This document shows, one piece after another, positions 26,231 to 38,920 of a stretch of 64,000 nucleotides of DNA. Source of the stretch: Lama glama (lineage: Eukaryota); NCBI GenBank assembly GCA_028534125.1, contig CM052823.1, positions 75,950,001 through 76,014,000 on the forward strand, given 5' to 3'. How positions within the stretch are numbered: position 1 is the stretch's first letter; every line of letters begins with the position of its first letter. The notes under the pieces are model-generated. The model was not told the DNA's origin. It was given only the letters and a program-made list of their open reading frames with translations, and made no database searches. Both the position numbers and the translations under genes were made by a program.

Positions 26231-27769
26231 GATGCTGATCAGAGGAGGAAGACGGGGAATCAGGAGCTGTCTCCCAAAGAGGCAGTCTTTCTGGTCTTGT
26301 GGCATCATTAGGATTCTGCTGGAATTAGATGGCAGAGTGCTCTTGGTGATGGCATAGGATGTGTATTCAGATGTATTTTGAGTATTTTCACAGAAGGCTT
26401 TGGTCTTAAAGGGCTATTCAAGCCCTAGTGAATGTTGGGAATGTTTAGGAGAGTGTTAAATGTGAAGAGGTCTGTGTGAGCCAATCCTCATCATAAATAA
26501 GTTAAACCATGTTGTTATCTGCATCCAGTGTGGCTAAAAATGTCTGGCACCCTTTAAAAGGCTGTTATTGCTAAAGTGCGCACATACAGATAACTTACAA
26601 AGAGGTTAATGGGAACCAGCTGAGCTGGAGTGTGGTTACCCTGGGTTTTCAGGATACAAGAGTCATTTAGAAGCTCAGAGGTGGTGTCTCAGGCTATTCT
26701 GGAACTAAAAGATTGTCTACTCCAAAACCAAAGGAAGGAGCAGGCCAGGCTCATCCAAGACCTTTATATAAACCTTATCAGATAAATGAGTAATAAGTAT
26801 TATTAACATGCCCTACCAGATTTTTTTTTTAAATAAAGATGAGAAGATGCTTTTGGTTAACTGTAAGTCAAGGACATAAAGATAGTAAGTATGTTTTTTT
26901 CAATTTATTATTTGGTTTTTTAAGTTGTTTTAGTTGAAAATAGTTATTTCATCACAGATGGCACAGTGCTTTGATACAGTCCACACTTGAGCACTTGTGT
27001 TATATACAACTGGCAGGAATATCAACCGTTGAACAAAATGCTGTGGGGGTTAAGGGGAGGCGCAGAGTCATTCTTCCTGGAGTAATCAAGGAGTGCTTTA
27101 TAGAGATCATGATGGAGGAAGAGGATTCCAAGGAGTTAAGTGTGAAGGCCAGTCCTTCCAGGGAGACAGAACAGCATGCACGTGGGGGCCCACTGCAGAG
27201 GACGATGGGTAAAATACTGGAGTCCTCTGAATTTGGGCAATCTGTCACTGCCCACCACCCCAGCCTCATATTCAGTTGTCATTTTCTCTCCGAAGGTCTC
27301 CCTCTTCCTTCCTATTCTGTGTCACCCATGAGATAAGGGCTTTTGTCAGCTCTCCCTGGGAACAGAATTACATGAATGCCCCTGCCCCTATTCTCTCCTT
27401 CCACTAACTCTTCCTCCTTACTACTGACAGCTTTTCCAAAATCTAGAGCTCGCCATGTCACTCCTCTACTGAAAAACTTGAAGACTCCCTTACCCATCAA
27501 TGTTCATTTTTATTTATATGGGGTTTTCCCATTTTTGGCAAAAGAAAATATCTGGATTTCCTGTTCTGCAGTAAAGAAAGGATAATTTTAACTTAAATCT
27601 GGGAGAAAAGACTTCAGTGACAAGTTCTGACCATTAGACAATCCCATGAGGGCAAATGTTTGCTTCCTCTTTCGGAAGGAAAGAGCATGGAGGAGCATGG
27701 GCCATCAAGTAGAACTCTGCGTTGTCACGTGGTCACTTTTCCGGAGGCTGGCCCAATGGATTATGGGAG

Positions 27770-29640
27770 AAGGGGATAAAGAAGACATCGCCCACCCCCA
27801 TGGAGCTTATAGTTCCAGCAGAAGGAACAGTACACAGATAATCATCCAAATAAGTACTTAATTGCAGTTCTGTGATAGAAAAGGTAAGAGTTCAGGAAAG
27901 ATTAATCCAAGCTAGATAGAGGTGGATTTAAGGCCTTGGGAAAAGTTGAAATTGCCAGTGGAGAGTATGGTAATGAGAACTCCCAAAGAACTCAAGAATT
28001 TAGAATTTGGAGGAGGAGGAACAGGCAAAAGATCCTAAGAACAGTCAGAAGGTATAAAGAAGACCAAAAAAGTATTTTTATCACCAAAGCCAAGAGGAAG
28101 AAAGTTTAACCGCATTGAATGCTCCTGAGAAGTCAAGTCTGATTAAGGTGGAAAATTCATATTGGGTAAAGCAAAAAGGCTATTGGTGGCCCCAGCAAGA
28201 GCAGTTGCCGCAAGGTGGTCAAGTGGGAAGCCAGAATGGAAAGGAGAAAAGGAGAAAGAGGCAGGGTCTGTACATATCTCTTAAATTACAAGCTTGGCTG
28301 TGAATGAAGAGTAGACAGAACAGTAGGTGAGAGCTTGAGTGATGTGTGGAGTTAAGGGAAGTTGTGTTTGCTTGACTTTATTTGTAATGGAGAATTCTAG
28401 CATGTATTTGAGTGCTAAAGGGAAGAATCCAGGTGTGAGGAAGAGGTTAAATATTTGGAAAGGAGAAGGTATACCTACTGGAACAGGATCCTTGCATCTT
28501 AGGTAGGAGAGGATGAGATCCGGTGCACATGTGGAGGGACTGGCCTTGGTTGAAGGAGGGACATGCCCTCCCTTGTACTATATGTGGGAGGAGAGGGCAG
28601 GTGCAAATGCAGTCCATCAGTTTTCTCTGCCAGGCTTCTGTCTGGGAGTAAAGGGGTTGGAAGCATAAAGCTCTGAGAGGAAGAAATGAAATGTGATTGT
28701 GAAAGTGGCAGAAGCTTCTAGAAAAGCATGGTAAAACTGCTAAGCAGTGTTGAGGACCCTAACAAGGTTGGAGAACATGAAGTTGGAGCCACACCCAAAT
28801 GTGCCATATTCTCCAGTCACACTGATCTGCTCAGACACAGGCATAAATAAGTCCTAGGGGCTTTGCCAGGCAAGGACCATCAAGAGGGACACGACAGATT
28901 TAGTAATATTTTTAGGACACCGTGGGAAGAACTATGCCCTCTAAGCTAGATACAAAAGGAAGTAAAGATAGGAGGATGTTCATGGGCAGAGAGAAAGTGG
29001 AGGGACCACAGGCTTGGAGATTTCATTGAGGCTGGAAGATAGTGAAGGAACTTGAGCAAATGAGCTGGAAGGTTGTGGTGAGAGAATGACATTTCAGAGG
29101 ACGTGCAGTTTCTGATGATGTCAAGGTCCCAGCTGCACCCCTGGGAGTGTGCTGAAGTGGAGGGAGAAGGCTGTTGAAGGTGCATTCGTCAGGGAACTCT
29201 GCAGCGAAGGTGTTGCTTATATCAGCCATAAGGACATTCAGCTGCTGAGGATGATGGGGTGGAGAGGAAGACACAGAGAAAGAGGCTAAGCCTTCAGTGA
29301 CTAGAGGAGTCAGTGTGAACCTTAAGGAGCTTACAGTATTTTAGAAGGAAAAGGGGAGCAGTGGTCCAGAAGCAGCACGCTGGAAGACCAACCCCAGCTC
29401 CCAGCACTGAATCAGGGGATGTATGATAGAAAACACATCTTCTTCTTGAGAGGGCAGGCAGGGTCAGCCCAAGTTCAGGGAAGTGATGGAGTTGGAAAGA
29501 TAACTGGGGAAGAAGGAGAGTTTGGTGGAGCCTGGGGAAGTAGGGAATGGGAGCTGGAATGGGGGGAGGGCAGATAGAAAGCAGTAGCAATTCCTGGAAT
29601 AGCAAGAAGACTTGGTGACAGCTGTAGCATGTATCTCGGT
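27770..29640 (-). mobile_element. Long L2 remnant including APE-endonuclease region
   Basis: L2 3'-region text at 27.8-28.6 kb; minus-strand peptides CVFYHTSPDSVLGAGVGL and STSAHSQGCSWDLDIIRNCTSSEMSFSHHNL resemble L2/CR1 endonuclease motifs (..GGGVG.., PTH..G.TLDL, SDH). Confidence 0.75.
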
Positions 29641-32049
29641 GAAGTCTGGGGATACTTAATACTCTCAAATGAGTTCAGCGGCTTCAGCTTTGGATACTTT
29701 GTAGAGGGCAAGGCCACCCGAATTATGACAGGCATGGTTTACAGATCATGGTTTCTGAAGCCCTTTATGTCACTTTAAAGTGCACAGATGATAAATTACA
29801 CAAAACAGATGTAGCATTGGTCCACCAGCTTTACAGAAAAACATGTAAGTAATCAGACATCTGAGCCAATGAAATTTTTTTGTGTATTAAGTCCTATTTT
29901 ATCTGCCTTTCCAGTCCGTTCCCCTGCCATTTGCCCAACACCCCACCCAGCTGTACCAAACCAATCCTAACTTCCCAGGCACACCGCCCCAATTCTGGCC
30001 TCTGAGATTTTGTGTGTATGCTTCTCCAGTATAACACCTGGGCTGGAGGCAGGTTAGCTAGTGTTACCTGGTTAGCCTTTATTCCTTCTCCTCATTAAAT
30101 CAGCTGAGCATTTTTCATTGCCTCAGGGAAGCAGAGTACAGAGGGAAAGAAACACTTTCTGGGCTTGTGGGTTTCAAAAATCCAGGCTCTATAGCGGTAG
30201 GCAGGAGTGGTCACAGTGGCGGCTTTGGGAAAAGAAATGTGGGATAGGAGCAATGCTTCTTACTCCCTCCTCCCACAGAGAGATGAAATCTTCTCAGACT
30301 GGAGGGAGGAGGAGAGACAGAAGAGGACAGCTGAGAGACAGGGCAAGTTGCCTGGATAAAGATGCCCTAGGATCTTGCTTCTTCCCCAGGCTCTGCAGGA
30401 AGCAAGGCACAGACTGCTTTGCTCCTGTGCTCCCCTCTCCTAGTGGGAGTTTGTCATTAACCCACCTAGCCTGCTAGCTTGTCTCATTTTGGCTTACATT
30501 ATGCTTTAAATTTGCTTTCACTAACATTATTTAAAGTTTCGAATATCTTAAATTTTAAAAGTCCAGATTTCAGGCCTCTTCAAGGAAAATGCAGAAGATC
30601 GGCCCACACTGGACCCACATTCCCTGTGGCAACAATCTGCTGTCCCTTTCAACAGGGCAGGCGCTACCCAATTCCCTTTGATTATTACCCTCTGACCGAT
30701 GCCCACCAGGCCTTTGTGGCTGTAGAGCCTCAGATCCCCGATGCCCAGGGAGCTGAGTGCCAAGCTACAGACTAGCAATTAGGACCAGACTTGACAAATC
30801 GAGTTATAGCCTCAGAGACAAAGCAAATCTACTTTCCCCAACACTGAGAAAGTAGCTGGTTTCCTTGGTGGAAAGCTACAGTAACCCTCTGCTCACTCCT
30901 CAAGTTTGCCCAGATTCAGCAGAGGAAAGACTTATCTTTCACCTTGCAAAAGACTCAGACGTGACCCTTCTCTGCCAGGTTCAAAGAAGAATATGTGATA
31001 ACACTCTCACAGGTCACATTACCAGCACAAGGATTTCCTCTCATTAAAAAGGCATTTGCACATCTGCTGACAGAGCAGGGCAAATGTTGGCACAGCCTGA
31101 GAGGTTAAACTATACACCCAAGGTCTCACAGCTAATTAGTGACAGAGTTTAGAACTCAGGCCTCCTCTTTTCCCAGCCAGTGCCCTTGAAGATTGGACCG
31201 TTTCATTCTGCCTTGGAAGCCCTTCCTTTCTCATGCAAATAGAAATACTTCTGCCAGTTCTTTCTCCAACCACAGAGTCAAGGATGAGGCCACAGTTTTG
31301 ATCACACCTCGACTCAATCAAATTTTCCATGTTTATTTTTACTTCTAAACTATGGGTTTAACAGATTTTTAGAGCGTGTTTTCTAAAAAGAGCTTATATT
31401 TGCTCTTGCCCTTTCAGAATAAGCTTTCTAAAGCTGACCTGAACTGTGTGGAGACAGCCAGAAGGCAAAGAACCAACAAAGCAAAGAGATACCACTAATC
31501 TCCAATGGGCCTCGGCACATGAAGATTTTCTAGGTCTATTCTTCCCTTTCGCTCTTTTGTTGCAGCTGGATCATTGTCTGACTAGGAGCATTCATTCTGG
31601 AGGGAAAGGCAAGATATTGAGTGAGCTTGATGCATTTTACTACTCTCTCTATGGACTTGGCTGTTGTCATGGTTACTTTTTTCAAAACACCGAGTTGGGA
31701 CTTTCACCCTTATTCCACAATGGAGAGGGAATCAAAGAACAGGGCGGTCAGCATCCAGGGGAATCTTATGAGAACAGGACTTTCCTTGCTTCTACCCCAA
31801 TATGCTTCCTACTCTGGAGGGCAAGCCTGCCCTATGTTCCAGACTTTTCATTACAACGCTTGGATCTCTATCATTCCTAGGCAGGCTGAATTGAGCCACA
31901 TTTTTCCCCTGAGGGTGGTGGAAATCTCTTAGGGACAAAATCAGCCCCATGCCTGTACTGGTGGCGATCCAGAGTTGAAGTGCCTGGGCAGGTGGATCTG
32001 GAAGGAGCTGGGTGATGATCTCAAGCAGGCGGCCCCGCAGCCAGCACCG

Positions 32050-32580
32050 ACAGAAGTTGCATGGCCCAGTGCAAAGTGAAAATATGGAGCCCCTTATTCA
32101 AACAGCAGGGGTAAAAAAGCCTTTTCCTTTCTTCTGTGGTCTTTCCACATGTCATGGTGTTTCAAATTTGCCATTTAACATTGTGCTCCCACAGGCACAA
32201 GGATACTTACAGGGCAAATGCAGACCCCTCACAGGTGCCCTGGGGCCCCACCCTGTGACTCAGCCCCCTGACTGTGCGCCAATCCCATTTCTCCCCACAT
32301 CTGTGCCCAGCAGTGTTCACTGGGCGGGACAGAGGAGGAGCAGGCAGTCTAAAACTTGAAAAACTGCAGGAGGTGAGACCCTGTGTGAGCCAAGGGTCCA
32401 AGTTCCTGGCACATCCACTGTCCCATTAGACTTTGCTTACAAAACACAAATTCAAAGATAAAATTGTTAAGAATCAATATGGTGGCTGCAGATCATTAAA
32501 CAGCAAGCACGGCTCCTTCTGAGTGCTGGGCCCTATGTGACTCCAGTGGCTGACTGCCTAGGCAGCTGGCAGGCCTGCTC
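32050..32580. mobile_element. hAT-Tip100 fossil (MER45B/C-like)
   Basis: 'ggcccagtgcaaagtgaaaatatggagccccttattcaaa' and 'cttacaaaacacaaattcaaagataaaatt...ccttctgagtgctgggccctatgtgac' resemble recalled MER45. Confidence 0.75.
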
Positions 32581-33399
32581 CTGTGTCAGAGGGAAGGGTC
32601 CTCCCTCTGCAGACCTCAGTCTAGCAGGCAGGAAGCACTCAAGGGAGCTTTAACTCGACAGCTGATCAGCACTAGGCATTGTTCTTTCCTCCACTCCTTC
32701 TCCCAGCCTAGGAGAAAGGCAGATAGATACTCAATAGACAAATAGGAAAGCAAAGTACCAGACTCACTCCTCCCTATGTTTCTTCTAGGACACTGTTCAA
32801 ATCTTTCTACTGTGTAGGTGGGATTGCATTAGTTACACCAGCCCTCATCTCCCTCCATCTTTTTAAAACCATTTTGTTGAGGCATAATTGACATACACTA
32901 AACCTCAAATATTTAAAGCATACAATTTTATGAGTTTTATCTCATATGTATGATTGAAACCATCACCAAAATCAAGATAACATTTTCATCACCCTCTTGT
33001 AATCCATCCCTTCCTCCACCCCATTCCCAGACAACTACTAATCTGCCTTCTGTCACTATTGATTAGTTTACACTTTCTAGAATTTTATCTCAGTGTAATC
33101 ATACAGTCTGTATTCTTTTTTGTCTAGCTTCTTTCAGTCAGCATGTGAATTTTGAGACTCCTTCATGTGATTGTTAATATCAGCAGTTAGTTCCTTAATA
33201 TTGCTGAGTGATATTCTATTGTATAGTTAAGCCATAGCTTATCCATTCATTTATTAATGATCATTCAGGTTGTTTCCCAGTTTTTTTGGCTATTCAAATA
33301 ACACTACTATGAACACTAGAGTACAAAAATGGAATAGCTGTGTTGTATGGTTAAGTATACGTGTAACTTTTTAAGAAACTGCCAAATTATCTTTCAAAG

Positions 33400-33532
33400 N
33401 NNNNNNNNNNNNNNNNNNNNNNNNNNNNNNNNNNNNNNNNNNNNNNNNNNNNNNNNNNNNNNNNNNNNNNNNNNNNNNNNNNNNNNNNNNNNNNNNNNNN
33501 NNNNNNNNNNNNNNNNNNNNNNNNNNNNNNNN
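33400..33532. other. Assembly gap (133 N)
   Basis: N run. Confidence 1.
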
Positions 33533-34232
33533 AAGTGAGCATACTGGCCATTCATTTATCTTCTCTTGTGAGGTATCTGGTCAAATATTTGCCCTGTTTT
33601 TTAAAATTGGTTTGTTTATCTTAATGAATTTTAAGAGGTTTTTAAAAAAACATTCTGGATTCAAGTTTTTTGTCTAGTATATGTGTTCCAAATATTTTCT
33701 CCCAGTCTGTGGTCTGCTTTATTTTCTTAGTATCGATTGAAGATCAGAAGTTTTTAATTTTTGATGAAGTCCAAGTATCAATTTTTCTTCTATAGTTCAT
33801 GCTTTTTCATATGTTCTAAGGAAACTTTGCCATGTCAAGGTCGCAAAGATTTTTCTCTTGTTTTCTCCTAAAATTTTAATAGTTTTAGGTGTTACATTTA
33901 GGTCTATGATTCATTTTGAGTTAACTTTTGTGTTTGGTGTGAGGTAAGGGTTGATGCCTACCCCTCACCCCCACCCAATGTGGATATCCATTTGATCCAG
34001 CACCATTTGTTGAAAAAACTCTTCTTTTCCCATTGAATTGCCTTGGTACCTTGGTTTAAAATTGGCAATATGTTTCTGGACTCTCTGTTCTATTCCATTG
34101 ATCTATGTTTATTTTTTGCCAATACCAAACTGTTTTGATTACTGTAGCTTTATAGAAAGTATTGAAACGTGAAGGTAAGGTTGGTAAATTGGAAGAGAAG
34201 TTCTCCAACTTTGTTCTCTTTAAAAACTACTT

Positions 34233-34669
34233 TGTATAGTGGCTATGGAGGTGTGCTGTTCAGATCTTCAAAAGAACCTACTATTGGGAGCATAGTTGAT
34301 GGCTCCACCCTGTGGATTCACTGTTCACAAAAAGGCCATCTTTTTCTTGGTAGCTCCCAGCCAATGACTAAGTATGGTAAGGGTACTAGTGATAGCCCAT
34401 TCCCGCCAATGCAGGACTCTTCCAATGGGCAATCTTTTCTTGGGGATGCCCCTTTCCTGACTAAAACTCTCAGAACTACATTGTAGTCTGAAGCCCTTTC
34501 CCGATTCTTCCTCCCCTCTCTCCTTTCATAGGTGTTAGACCTGCATTGGGATCTGATAGCTTCCTTGTCTACTTCTGCTCTCTCCCCTTTTATCCTTCCT
34601 TGCCATTTTCCTCTATAAATCTCTTGCATATTTAAATCCAGTCTTGCTGCCTGCTTCTCAGAATTCCCA
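34233..34669 (+). mobile_element. Solo ERVL LTR (LTR16A/B-like)
   Basis: TG...CA ends; 5-bp TSD tactt/cactt; 'ctcccagccaatgact', 'ggactcttccaatgggcaatc' and 'taaatctcttgca...gtcttgctgcctgcttctcaga' resemble recalled LTR16. Confidence 0.8.
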
Positions 34670-34735
34670 CACTTTGGTTATCCAAGGTTTTTTGCATTTC
34701 TATATAAATTTTAGAAATCGGCTTGTGAAATTCTA

Positions 34736-34767
34736 CAAAACAAACAAACAAACAAACAAACAAAAAA
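34736..34767 (+). repeat. (AAAC)n microsatellite inside L1
   Basis: caaaacaaacaaacaaacaaacaaacaaaaaa. Confidence 0.95.
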
Positions 34768-35329
34768 GCCTGCTGGAATTTTATTTGACAGTTTATTGAC
34801 TCTACAGAACAATTTAGGCAGAATTGCCACCTTCACAGTATTGTCTTATGTCACAAATCTGATATATCTCACCATTTATTAGGTCTTCTTCAATTTATCT
34901 CAGCAGTGTTTTGTGCTTTTCAATGTAGAGGTCTGAGACATCTTTTGTTGGATTTATTCCTAAATATTTTTATGGCTTTTGGTACTACTGTATTGAAATT
35001 GTTTTTAAATTTTTATTTTTCAATTGATTGCTAATAGTGTATAAGAATACAATTGAATTTTGTATGTTAACCTAGTATCCTGAAACCTTGTTAAACTAAT
35101 TGCTAGTCTCAGTAGTTTTGTCTCAGATCCCCTTACCTTTCTAAACAAAATTTTCATGGGACTCTTGTGCTCTGGTAAGAGTCAGGTGTGGGTAGCTGAA
35201 GCTTCAGCCTTTGCCTCCTCAGAACCTCCTTGCCCCTGACACCTTCGAAAACAGCTTCTGAAAATTTCTCAAGAACTCCGAGACTCCAAGTAACACAGTG
35301 AAACAACCCATTGTCCTAGCAGAGATGAT

Positions 35330-35545
35330 ATTTACTGAGTACAGTTTGCCCATGTGTTATAGGCATTTTATCTAATTTTAGTCTTTAAAAGAAAGAAACA
35401 CCTTGTGAGATTAAAAAAAAATCAGTTCCATTTTAAAGATGGAGAAATAGAGGTTAAATCTCCTTTATATTGTCTCACAGTTGGTTTCTGTCTGAAGAAG
35501 GATTAAAGTCCATCTGTCTGACCCCAGAGTTCATGCTTTCTCCTC
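35330..35545 (-). mobile_element. MIR
   Basis: 'ccattttaaagatggagaaatagagg...tctgaccccagagttcatgct'. Confidence 0.65.
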
Positions 35546-36329
35546 CCCAGCCTGACCCAGGCAGACAGCTAGATTTCAAAATCTTGCTGAAGGCCAAGAT
35601 TTTGGACTGACTAATTCTGCACTCACTCAGCACATGGGCTGGCAGGTCAGGAGGCCTGACTGGGCTCTGGTATTCTACCCCAATGGCGCCTACCATTCAG
35701 TCTGGCTTACCAACTTCCTGTTCTACCCACACTGCTCTTTGAGGGTACCAGTGACTTCTCTATCACCAGTCTGATGAACTGTTTGTTCAAAAGACTAAGA
35801 AATTTTCACTTCTCTGCTGCCTTTGCAGAGAACATCTTCTTGAAACAGACTGCTTCTGGTTGTCTTCTAAAGTCTCCAGTCTCAAATCTTTATCTATATT
35901 GTCCTGATTCCTTGTTGTGAGACCTCTTCTCATTAATCACCCAGGGTAACCCAGTCTTTGGACTCAGGTCTCCTGTTTTGTCCATCTCCACGTTTATTCT
36001 TGGAGACACTCTTTCAAACACTTGTAGGAGCAAGACCCCTTCTCATCAGGTCTGCCAGTTGCCTAAAGGCACAGTCACCAGGCTTCTTGGGTATTCCAGA
36101 ATACCCCTATGGTCCCCATAAAACCATTAAAATATCTTGGAAATTCTAATAGTTTATCATCTAAGTGATGTTTTCCAGGTTGCCTCCTCCCCCACCTTTC
36201 CCTACTTGCAGAAGAGCACAAATTCTTAGACCCTGTATGTTTTGATTTATACTTTGGGTAACACATTTAACATTTCCGAGGAATGTCCCCACTTGGATAA
36301 GCACATTTATAGTATCTAAACCATTTTGA

Positions 36330-37230
36330 AAAACAACCTCACTAGGTAGTTAATTCCTAAGTTTCTCTTACTTCTAGGGATACCACCGTTCTCTTTGTTT
36401 TCCATCTTCCTTCCATTCTTTCATCTAGTCACCAAGCCTCGCCCATTGTTTGCTCTGAACTCGTCTATGCTTTATCCTCTGCAGTTATTGCCCAGACCAG
36501 GGCCTCATCTGTTCACTCCTGATGAGTTCAAGATTTTAAAAGACTGATCTTCTGGTCAGTAGTATCCCTCAGTCAGGGTCAGTGATACACAGGACAAAAC
36601 TCTTTTCCTCTGGAATTATTTGTCACAGGTGTCCACAATCTAGTGACATTCAAAAACCAGGAGCCAGCATCAGAAGACCCTTATTGATTCCCCATTTTCT
36701 ATTCACTTAATTCAAACTCCTCTGTCTGATCCTTAAGGTTTTCTACCAGCATCCTAAATCACCAAGTTCATTGTTCATATTATTCCTCAGTATGGAACTC
36801 CTTCAGCCAAAAGAGGAAACCCAAGTTTGCTGGCCCTTTTTTTAATGTGACCTGATCAGTCTCTCCTCCATGCTTTTCACCCATTTTATCCTACATGTCG
36901 TGAATGCCAGCTTTCTGTCAATCTTCAAATTTCCCGTCTCAGTGTAGACCCTAGCCCTATATTTTCCTATTCTAGGATTTCTTCTTTAACCCTTTCCAAC
37001 GTTCAAAATATGTGTTCTAGAGTAAATATTTTAGAATTTACTTAGCAAATATCTTATTTGCTATTAAACTAGCTCTGATGAGAAGTTCCCACATTAACTG
37101 GAAATAAATATCATTTGGCTGTTAGCTTCTTCAAGACAAGGACCATGTCTTGTTTAACTTTATACCACCAGTATCTAGTCCAGTGCCAGGGACATACTTT
37201 AAGCCAAGTAAATATATATTGAATAAATAA
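36330..37230 (+). mobile_element. L2 fragments ending in a 3' terminus
   Basis: 'gcttcttcaagacaaggaccatgtcttg...ccagtgccagggacata...aaatatatattgaataaataa'. Confidence 0.7.
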
Positions 37231-37231
37231 T

Positions 37232-37410
37232 CACCACTTTATGGTGTTGGGCCCTTTGGCAAGTTCCTTAAATGCAGAAGAATTTCAGCTTCCTAATCTG
37301 GAAAACAGTGTTCAGAATATTAGTATTATAGATTATGAACATTAAATAGGAAAACCTGCATAAAGGTCCTAGCACAGAACTTAGCACAGAAAGCTCAATT
37401 CATGTGAGTT
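37232..37410 (+). mobile_element. MIR
   Basis: 'ttggcaagttcctta...cagcttcctaatctggaaaa...cctagcacagaacttagcacag'. Confidence 0.7.
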
Positions 37411-37899
37411 CACACCTTCCTGTTAAGTTTTTAGAATTGTCATCAGAATTATTCCCATAGTTTCTGCTGCATATCAGGGTATTGGGTATTTATGTAGGAG
37501 CCTCTTCTGGGATAGTACCAAATTCAATGGGGGTCCAACGGGAGGAAAATCCACAAGGACTACTGCTTACAATACCTTTGTATATCAGTTTTTGTGTGGG
37601 GCCTTGCTGTGACAGTTCTGGCATGCAGATATATGCTGGTTTATCTTTTTAGGGGATTCCATAAATGCGTCATCTGTTTGGACACTAGGCTTCATAACGG
37701 TAGGGGCCATTTTTCCAGCCCCTTCCTTACTTTCCATACAGAAGAGAAATTTTATGATCACAGTTGAACAGCCTTGGGACACGTCAGTGTGTTCCCTGCA
37801 ATACTGAACTCTGTGTATTTATATCCAGCAGGGAGAATGAAAATTATTAATCCTGCACTGTTAAATCACTTTCATAGATTTAATAATTTTCATACTTTT

Positions 37900-38165
37900 G
37901 GAGTGGCAATAGTTCCTAAACTGAACTGTGCCCTCAGTTTTTCTATCTGTAAAGTATGGGCAAGAGTTTGTACTCTTACTTCCTCTTAGGATTAACAATT
38001 ATGATACAGAGGAAAGAGCACTGGACTGGGAGTCAAGAGAACTGAGCTCTATCCCTTGCTTTCACTAGCTGCACAGACCTTGGGCAAATCACTTTGGCTT
38101 GGTTCCCTCATCTCCAAAATGAGAAGTCTAAATTAAGCAATCTCTGAGTCAGCTCCCAGATTAAG
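37900..38165 (+). mobile_element. Two adjacent MIR fragments
   Basis: 'ctcagtttttctatctgtaaag' and 'ggaaagagcactggactgggagtcaagaga...gaccttgggcaaatcact'. Confidence 0.8.
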
Positions 38166-38771
38166 AATGATACGTTTTTATAGACGTGAAATAAATGGTC
38201 CTCTTCTACAGAGAGCTGCTAGATGCGAGGAGACTTTCTGCACACTTTATAGAGAGGGGGATTTGGCCTGTGCTATCCATGGTAGGTATGTGGTATCTAT
38301 GCTCTGACCATATGTGTCTTAGCACCACACACCACACAGGAACTCAAAGAGGATGGGCATTTCTGATTGGAGACAAGAGCGCTAGGGAAGAGGAGGCATG
38401 GGGATCACTTGGATACTTTTGCACAAAGATGATTATTATGTTTTGTACAAAAATAGAGCCTATTACCAAGCATTTTCAAATTTCCTAAGCTGCCCAACAG
38501 CCCTCTGATTTCTGGTTGGAGGGATTACCCATGGGTTCACCCCAGCAGAGAGGGACTGGAAAAAGAAATGGGAGGTTTCCTATTACACCTGTTGGAGAGC
38601 TAGTCCCTCCTCTGGGGATGGACTCAAGTGTAGCAGGTGAAGAACTGCCCTTGGTATTCACTTGATGATCATGCCAAGTTCAAGACAGATCACCTCCAAC
38701 CCCAAGCCTCTCTGGATCCATATCACACCTTAGGATCTGTATGTACCTATATATACCATCATATTTCCCAG

Positions 38772-38920
38772 TTGTAGGAAAAGAGCCACAGGGTTTCCAG
38801 TCAACAGACTTGAGTTGAGGTCCACCAACAAACTGTTGGGCCTTGGGCCGGACTCTTCAGGTCTTTGAGCTGACTGATGTTAAGAATCAAAGGAGACGGG
38901 GATATGTAAGGTGCTTTGTT
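38772..38920 (+). mobile_element. Degenerate MIR
   Basis: 'ggaaaagagccacaggg...agtcaacagacttgagttgagg...ccttgggc'. Confidence 0.55.

Larger units (their letters stand above)
32860..35140 (-). mobile_element. Old L1M (L1MB/MC-like) 3'UTR plus ORF2 end, interrupted by an LTR
   Basis: 'ttgaggcataattgacatac...' 3'UTR; ORF2-like 'ccagcaccatttgttgaaaa' and 'ttgattactgtagctttatag'; L1 text resumes after 34670. Confidence 0.9.

Noticed and set aside
30479-30778. Overlapping short ORFs on both strands
   Set aside because: No homology recognised and no consistent splice-site pair; treated as non-coding
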